Assembly: GCA_051294375.1 (NCBI GenBank)
Contig: CM119265.1
Span: forward strand, 25,947,057 to 26,011,056
From: Paraspadella gotoi
Lineage: Eukaryota > Animalia > Chaetognatha
Direction: 5' to 3'
DNA: 64,000 nt
Shown here: positions 56,588-64,000 of the stretch, in pieces
Layout of the letters: each line of letters begins with the position of its first letter
How positions within the stretch are numbered: position 1 is the stretch's first letter
The notes under the pieces: model-generated
What the model was told of the DNA's origin: nothing
Seen by the model: the letters and a program-made list of their open reading frames with translations, nothing else
Database searches by the model: none
Made by a program: the position numbers and the translations under genes

Positions 56588-57657
56588 TTACGAATTTCCG
56601 TTGTCTTTGTCCTCGACAAAGATCGACGACAATCTCGTCTCTCCTTTGTCCTTCTCTCGTCCCGAGGAATATTTGTCTTCGCTACCGAGTTCCGATTTGT
56701 CCTCGGATTCCGTCTTTTCCTTTCCCAAGGAGACGACTCTGTCTCTGTCTTCGTCTCTGTCTCCCTCTTCGTCTCCCTCTCTATCTCTCTCCACCACGAT
56801 CTCCTCGGCCGTGACGTCGTTGTCGCAAAACGGCGCCGCCTCCTCGGAATCCGAGTCGAAGGCTTCGTTGCTGCTGCACTCTCCGCTGCTGCTACTACTG
56901 CTTCCGCTGCTGCTTCCGCTGCGGCTGCTGCTGCAGTTTGAGGATCCGGTCGAGTCGTCGTCTCGAGGTCGTCTTCCCAATTCCCTCATGACGATCGCCT
57001 CCATGGAGACGGAGGCTGAGTTCCTGCCCGCGGACGCCGCAGACGCCGCCGTCGCCGCCAGAAGCGCTTCCACTTCCTCCTGCTCCAGCCGCTGCTGCAA
57101 CGCGGCCAGCAGAGGGCGCGGCGGGATCGGCGGGGGCGTCTCCTCTTCCTCTTCCACGTCGTAATCGTCGACGTCGTCGTCTTCCTCTTCTTCTTCTTCC
57201 TCCTCCTCCTCATCGTCGGGCGAGGCGACGATCCCGGAGGACGTCGTCGTCGTCGTCGTTCCGTCGTTGGAGGACGCGACGGAGATGGCCGAGGTGGCGG
57301 AGGTGAGGGTGACTCCGAGTGGGTGGTGGGGGTGTTGCTGATGGAGAAGCGGATGGGGGTGATGTTGATGTTGCTGTTGTTGGGCGGCGAGTCCGAGGAT
57401 GGAGTCGACGAGGTGAAGGTTGCGTTGGATGATTCGTTGTCGGTGAACCGTCGTCGGTGAGACGAGGATGTGACTGAGAGGTGGGAAGAGGTGGTTGATT
57501 GGATTTGGATTTTATGAGAGGTAGGAGGACGGTGGTTGATTGGATTATGATTTTGATGAGAGGTAGGAGGAGGTGGTTGATTGGATTTGATTTAATGGGA
57601 AATGGATTTTGATTACAAGAGATGAGATAGAGGAAGAAGAAGGAAAGAGAAGAGAGA

Positions 57658-57713
<56 letters not shown>

Positions 57714-60700
57714 AGAAGAGAGAGAGAAAAGAGAATGCTTTCAATCTCCAATTTCACCTGCAATTTCTCTCTGGTGAGATTGGCAGCATCCTCTTCGAGA
57801 TTCTCCGCCTGGATGATCCTTCACCGTCGACGACCGATTGCAGGGAGGTCACGTGACGGTCAACCATCTCCATCAGTTTCTTCACGGCGAGACGGACCTG
57901 GGGGGGGGTGAGGGGATTGGGGCGGTGGAAAGCAAAGAGCTTAATTTGAGGAAGTTTTGACTTTGACTATAGCAACAAGGAAAGCCTGAAGGCTCTGAAC
58001 GTCATTTTTATATGTCTCACAAAACCTTTCAATTTCACCGATTTATAATTTATTTTTCACTATTGAAACAAACTAGATGCAGTGATGCGAGCCAATAAAT
58101 GTCAACTTTCATCTTGAAAATATCAACGCGGTCATAAGGTGAGCCTCAAGTATGTAAAGGATGCAAATTGATTTATAAGCTCATTTTAACAATTGCAACA
58201 ACCCCAGTGCAGTTCCACTTTACCTGCTGCACCGCGTAATCAATCTGCTCGTTTTGAGCAGACGACAAAACTGAATCTCGTCGCTCGACCGACTTTTCGA
58301 AGATCTTGTCGGTGGAAGTCGTCGAGACGGGAGAGATGACCATCAACGCCTCTGGGGGTGGTGCTGGGAATGCCGGTTGGCGGGGTGGTGAAGTGTGGGG
58401 TGGATTGGCGAAGGGGGGAAAGTGAAAGAGAAATGACGGTTAGAAAAACAAACGGACAATTTAGCTGCAGAAAAAGAATTCGTTTTATTGTTCTTAGCAT
58501 GAGAGAGAGAGAGAGAGAGAAAGAGAGATAGAGAGAGAGAGAGTTTAAAATCAAATTTCGTGATTTAATTCTTGGGATTAGATTGGATTTTCTTCTCCCT
58601 GGAGAAGAAAACAATTTTATTGAAATTTTCTTTTTTTCTTTTTTTTCCGTTTTGGCCAAAGATTCTCTGTGGGAGGCGTTTGAGGAAACACATTTCCAGA
58701 TACAACTTTTTAAAACCTCAATCGTGACAATGAGTCTCAATAACTAAGCAAACTCGAAAAGTCTATGAAAATCGTAAAAAAAACAAATATTTCGGGGGGA
58801 TTTCCTTGTATTAAACCGAAGAGAATAAAAACAACGAGAAAGATTTTTTACAGCGAAGTTCGATTCAAAATATGTCGTCTTGAAAACTCCTCGCGCTCCA
58901 TCCAACCCAACGTCCGTCGCCGGCCGCTGACCGATATTCGAGCAGCCCGTCGGCTTTGACTTTTTAGCCCGATTTTGCCGGTCTGCGTCGGTCCCTTCCG
59001 CTCTGCCCGTCGGCCCGTGCCTTCGCCCGTGTTCCCCTTTGCTCTTTTGCCCGCTCCGTCCATTTATCGTCGTGGAGGAGGGACGCCTCTTCGAGCGCTG
59101 AACCAAAAAAAAAAAATAATAATAACATTAATTATTATCTATTGGTTAATTTGTTAAGCAACCAAAGAATCGTTACTCACGCCGAGGTGGCCGAATTGGC
59201 CGAGGAAACGCTGGGCGTGGCTCGCGCCGGCGGCGGAAGCGAACTCGGCGGTCGACGCGGCGGAAAGACGTCGCTGCTCTCGTCTTCGAAATTGCCGTTG
59301 GCGTTTTCTTCCGACAAGGTGGCCGAAGTCTCTCGGTTGGCGTTGGTGCTGGGAGTGACAGACTCTTCTTTGTTGGCGTTCTCTTCGTCGCCACCCGGTT
59401 CTGCCTTCGCCGCTGTCGGGGAGAAAAAAAAAGGGGGGGGAAATCATTATTCGTCGTCGTCGTCGTCGTCGTCTTTCTCGTTTACCTCCGCCTTTCCTCG
59501 GCGGGCCTTCGTCGAACGGGTCGCCCTCGTAGGCCTTCAACGCGTTTATCACTGAAATAAAATAGAAACCATTTTAGTCGTTCGTTCGTTCGTTGGTTCG
59601 TTCGTTCGTTCGTTCGTTCGTTCATTAGTTAGTTGGTTGTTTCGTTTCTTTCCTCAACCACTCACCGACTCTGCAATAAAGCGTGTTCCAATATCCAAAG
59701 GCGCAAAGAATCCATTTGTGGAAAAGTTTGTCGTCTTTCTTGCATTCGGTCTTCCAATAATTCATCAGGTCTTGTGCCGTTTTGATCTTCCTGCGGGGGG
59801 GGGGGCATCGAGCGGGACAAAATATCTCAAGACAACGAATGGAAAAAAGGTGCGCATTGAACCCTTTCTTCCTCAGCCCCATCACGTACCTGCTGCACAT
59901 TTGCCTGGCCAGTGTGGGACCAATGCCAGGAACAACTGTCGTTGGGCATTTGTTGAGTTCTTTCTTGAGGAAGGCCTCCCACTTCTTTGAGCCGGGGCCG
60001 ACCTGGGAGGCCGAGTTAAAGAGGATCAGTAACATACAATGCTCGATCGGGGACGAATTGAACTTACGATGTGCGGGGGACCCTTGACGTGGGAGTCTAT
60101 TGGAGGATGAGCTTTCTCCCATTCGTTAAAAGCGTTGATTACTGTACGAAAAATTGGAAGAAAAGAACTTAGGATTTGCCGTCACTTAAGTTTTAAGTTA
60201 ACGACTAATTTCTACAGGTTTTAAGTACCACAGCCCCTCCGTACATCTTTTGTCCTTCCCTTCCCCCGCTCCCTAATCTCTCCCTCCCTCTCTCTCTCTT
60301 TCTCTCTCACTGGTCTTAGCGTAGAGCCGGTTCCACGGCCCGAACTTGCAAGCCAACCATTTTGCGAATCGATCGTCCTTCTGCTTTTTCCACTGATCGT
60401 ACAGATGCGAGGCTCTAGTGAACTTCTCGCGTTTTAAAAAGTAGCTGAGAAAAAATCCGCATCCCGGTACTGCGTCCACGGGCAACGCGTAAAGGTTGTC
60501 GCACGCCTGCCAGTTCTCGAACTTTTTCGTCTTCAGCAACGCCTCTGTTCCGAGGTAAGGAGGACAATGGGGTAAGTTAATCCGAGACGACGAAAAAGGA
60601 CCAAGCTGAAAACTTACCTTCTTTCTTTTTCCCCCCGCCTTCTTCCCCCATGTTGGCGGTTGGTTGGAAAAAAAAAAAACAAATACAAAAATAAAATAAA

Positions 60701-61594
60701 AAACAAAAAAACAAAAAAAAAAAAAAGGGAAAAAAGAAAAAAAAAGGGAGAAAACGCCGACGGGTAAAGGGGAAATGTAAGAGGAGAATCTGCGTTGTTT
60801 GTTTATCGACGAAAAACTTTTCGTCGCGTTAGTCTGTATGTTTAGATTAAGCGACGCGAACGATGTATGTTGAGAAGAGCGAATATTAACGAATGACGGA
60901 GAAAATCGAGGCCGAAAATATTTATTAATATTTAATCGTGAGTTTAAAAAAAAAGTTTGAAGTAAAATCGCAGAATGTAAGGCTTTTTCTCGCTAACCAG
61001 AATTTGGTTTTCTATCTAGTTACAACTACGATGTTTCTTTTTTTAAAAAAATTATTTTTTTAAATCAATTTTTAATAAATTCCTCCAACAAAATCTATAA
61101 ACTTTTTTGGCGCTCTGATAGGTAAAGCGAGGGCTGTATCCCTTCCACGAACCGATCAATCAATCCCCACCCACATCCCTCAGCAAACGCCACCTTCTTT
61201 GAACAACTCCCCTCTCTCATCTGCACCCTTCTCCTCAGGGCCTCACCCGACGAGCCGTTGGAGGCGCCGCCCGGAGTGGAAGAGAGAGAGGCTTCCGAGG
61301 CGAGTCTCGATGCTTCGTCGGGATTCGTGGATGAGGATGCGAGGAGGCGGTTGACTCCCTTGACGATCATCTCCGCGCAGCGTTTGAGGCGCCGGATGTC
61401 GCTGTCGTCGCCTGAATGCAATCAGTGAATGAGGAGGGGGGGGGAGATGACGAAGGTTAATTATTTTATTATTTTTGTTGTTGTTTTTTTGATTGGTGAT
61501 GGGGAAATACACGAGGTAATTGCTTGGTTGAGTGATTTCAAAGGAGGGTATACTGGGCAAAATAATATAAATTTCTATCTTTCTTTCTTTGTTT

Positions 61595-61682
<88 letters not shown>

Positions 61683-62176
61683 TCCATATTTATTTCATTA
61701 TATCTTTCTCTATTTCTTTTTATCTTTCTATCTTTCTTTTTCTTTCTTTCATTCTAACTTTTCGTCTTTCTTTCTTTCTTTTTTTTTTATTTCCTTTTTG
61801 TGGCCAAAAATTCATTTCTTTCGACACTAAACAGGATAAATCGGCACAAGATAAGTTCGTTGAGGCGAAAACCTTCTCAGGGAGGAATCCCTTATTAAAT
61901 GGCCACCCTGACGTCGTTGTCGTCGTCGTCGTGGTCATCATCAGCGTCGTCGTCATCGCTGTCGTCGTCATCGCGGTCGTAGGAGTAGTCGTCGGTTTCG
62001 TCGTCGTCGTCGTCATCAGCGTTGTCGTCGTCGTCATTCGTCGTCGTCGTCAGCGTCGTTATTCCCTGTCAGCGTTCAGTTGGCGGTTTTTCAATTAGGA
62101 AATAAGTGAAGGGAAATAGTGAATTCACACGGAAGGAAACTCGCGCCCCCTCGAGGTCCCCCCCCCAAAAAAATGC

Positions 62177-62223
<47 letters not shown>

Positions 62224-63528
62224 NNNNNNNNNNNNNNNNNNNNNNNNNNNNNNNNNNNNNNNNNNNNNNNNNNNNNNNNNNNNNNNNNNNNNNNNNNNNN
62301 NNNNNNNNNNNNNNNNNNNNNNNNNNNNNNNNNNNNNNNNNNNNNNNNNNNNNNNNNNNNNNNNNNNNNNNNNNNNNNNNNNNNNNNNNNNNNNNNNNNN
62401 NNNNNNNNNNNNNNNNNNNNNNNNNNNNNNNNNNNNNNNNNNNNNNNNNNNNNNNNNNNNNNNNNNNNNNNNNNNNNNNNNNNNNNNNNNNNNNNNNNNN
62501 NNNNNNNNNNNNNNNNNNNNNNNNNNNNNNNNNNNNNNNNNNNNNNNNNNNNNNNNNNNNNNNNNNNNNNNNNNNNNNNNNNNNNNNNNNNNNNNNNNNN
62601 NNNNNNNNNNNNNNNNNNNNNNNNNNNNNNNNNNNNNNNNNNGAACTAGTGAAGAGAATAAAGGAAAGAATAAAAGAAAAGAATGAGGAAGTATTTGGTC
62701 TCCGAGTGAAAACAAATCGAGAGAAAAAAAAGAAGATAAGTCGACGAAGATTAAAAAGAAAATCATTTAGGAGAAAAACGTTGTTCATACAAAGTAAACC
62801 GCAAAATAAATTTCAGAATATTACATTCAATCGTGCTATAAGTATAATCGCTTAAGTAAAAGTAAAGACAATAGCATTAGCGAAGTTGTGATGAAAGTAA
62901 TATCACGTAGAGACTTGATTCATTCACAACTGAACTCAACCTCACCTTAAATCCTTCACCCAAATCCATCTGACCTCACTTACCCACTTCTCCCCCCTCC
63001 CCCCTCCACCGCCGCCGCCGCCTTCCCCTCACCTCTCGCGACCGCGTAACCCGATCGGGTGAGCAACGTGATTCCGTTGGCGATCGTGTTCACGTGAGAA
63101 ATCAAGTTGCGTGATCTTTGGTAGGACTTGAAGAAAAAGTCGTCTGANNNNNNNNNNNNNNNNNNNNNNNNNNNNNNNNNNNNNNNNNNNNNNNNNNNNN
63201 NNNNNNNNNNNNNNNNNNNNNNNNNNNNNNNNNNNNNNNNNNNNNNNNNNNNNNNNNNNNNNNNNNNNNNNNNNNNNNNNNNNNNNNNNNNNNNNNNNNN
63301 NNNNNNNNNNNNNNNNNNNNNNNNNNNNNNNNNNNNNNNNNNNNNNNNNNNNNNNNNNNNNNNNNNNNNNNNNNNNNNNNNNNNNNNNNNNCCTCCGACC
63401 CTGGGTTTCCCGCCATTCCCGCTCAACATGGCGGCGTCCAATTCGATCTGAACTTCTTGACATTTGATGAGAAGAATTTTCGAAGTCGCGGTGACGATTT
63501 CGATGTGATGGAGAATGTTCTCGTAGAT
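56588..63528 (-). CDS. 5'-incomplete uncharacterised protein: amphipathic helical region followed by His/Gln-, Ser- and Glu-rich tail with a PxxPxR motif
   Basis: Exons (minus) 63528-(gap at 63391), ~63143-63033, 61411-61247, 58351-58224, 57897-57758, 57473-56588, phases consistent from 63033 onward: IYENILHHIEIVTATSKILLIKCQEVQIEL..., LISHVNTIANGITLLTRSGYAVARGDDSDIRRLKRCAEMIVKGVNRLL, QIDYAVQQVRLAVKKLMEMVDRHV, TPPPIPPRP. Confidence 0.6.
59064..60651 (-). CDS. Tandem double BAF (barrier-to-autointegration factor)-like domain protein with acidic/Pro-rich tail, 8 exons, ~303 aa
   Basis: Exons (minus) 60651-60618, 60544-60311, 60141-60068, 60002-59890, 59790-59666, 59551-59486, 59412-59181, 59097-59064 (912 nt, phases consistent, Kozak-like GCCAACATGG). 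Domain 1 TKKFENW...LPVDAVPGCG..L...LKREKFTRASHL...DDRFAKWL...INAFNEW; domain 2 SKKWEAFL...CPTTVVPGIGPTLA...KIKTAQDL...KKDDKLFHKWI...INALKAY; both align by eye to human BAF. Confidence 0.8.
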
Positions 63529-64000
63529 CTGGATGGAAGGGAAGAGGATGCTTGTCGTCGTTGTTGTCGTAGTTGTCGTCGTTGTTGTTGTTATTTTAGA
63601 CTGTTTTAGACTATTTTTGACAAGAACAACAAGAATAAGAAGAAAAACAAGAATAGAAAGAACAACAAGAAAACAAGAACAACAAGAATAAAAAAGAAAG
63701 AACAACAAAAACCAAAAACAACAGCCACAACAAAGTAAAACTTCGGTGGGTTGTTTCAAATGCATAGTGAGCCACTATGCGTTGCCACATAAAAAGTAAG
63801 TACGTCGATAACATCTAATAGACAAAGGCAAGGGCACGTACAATGTTCAAGCCCACAATCAAAGACATTTTATTAAACGGTGACTAATTCATTCTCTTGT
63901 GGCAACGGGGAGATATCTCCCGACAGCTGGCGCTCAGAGCTTTGGACCTGCAGTTACCACCTAATTTCCCTGGCATCACACTTAACCGTGAGGGGATTGA

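Overview
Eukaryotic, apparently invertebrate metazoan, draft genomic scaffold: AT-rich GT-AG introns, GC-rich exons, abundant (AG)n microsatellites and N gaps. Manual exon stitching gives eight spliced genes: uridine-cytidine kinase (+, 846-3802); a PMP22/claudin-superfamily protein (-, 4416-6524); ANP32 (+, 8378-12637); a TSP1-vWA protein (-, 14645-42778) whose MIDAS motif is split by a ~23 kb intron; a single-Ig membrane protein (-, 19867-22488) nested in that intron; the mitochondrial i-AAA protease YME1L (+, 45119-53658), with local homopolymer-type frameshifts and an apparent ~450-aa acidic C-terminal extension; a 5'-incomplete helical/acidic protein (-, 56588->63528); and, inside one of its introns, a gene encoding two tandem divergent BAF (barrier-to-autointegration factor) domains (-, 59064-60651). 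Introns carry MITEs, foldback elements, Helentron-like elements, a tRNA-derived inverted repeat and Penelope-type minimal hammerhead ribozyme motifs. The most novel-looking items are the single-chain tandem-BAF protein, the extended YME1L, two same-strand nested genes and the hammerhead-bearing composite repeat. All gene models were read by hand, with no database searches or transcript data.
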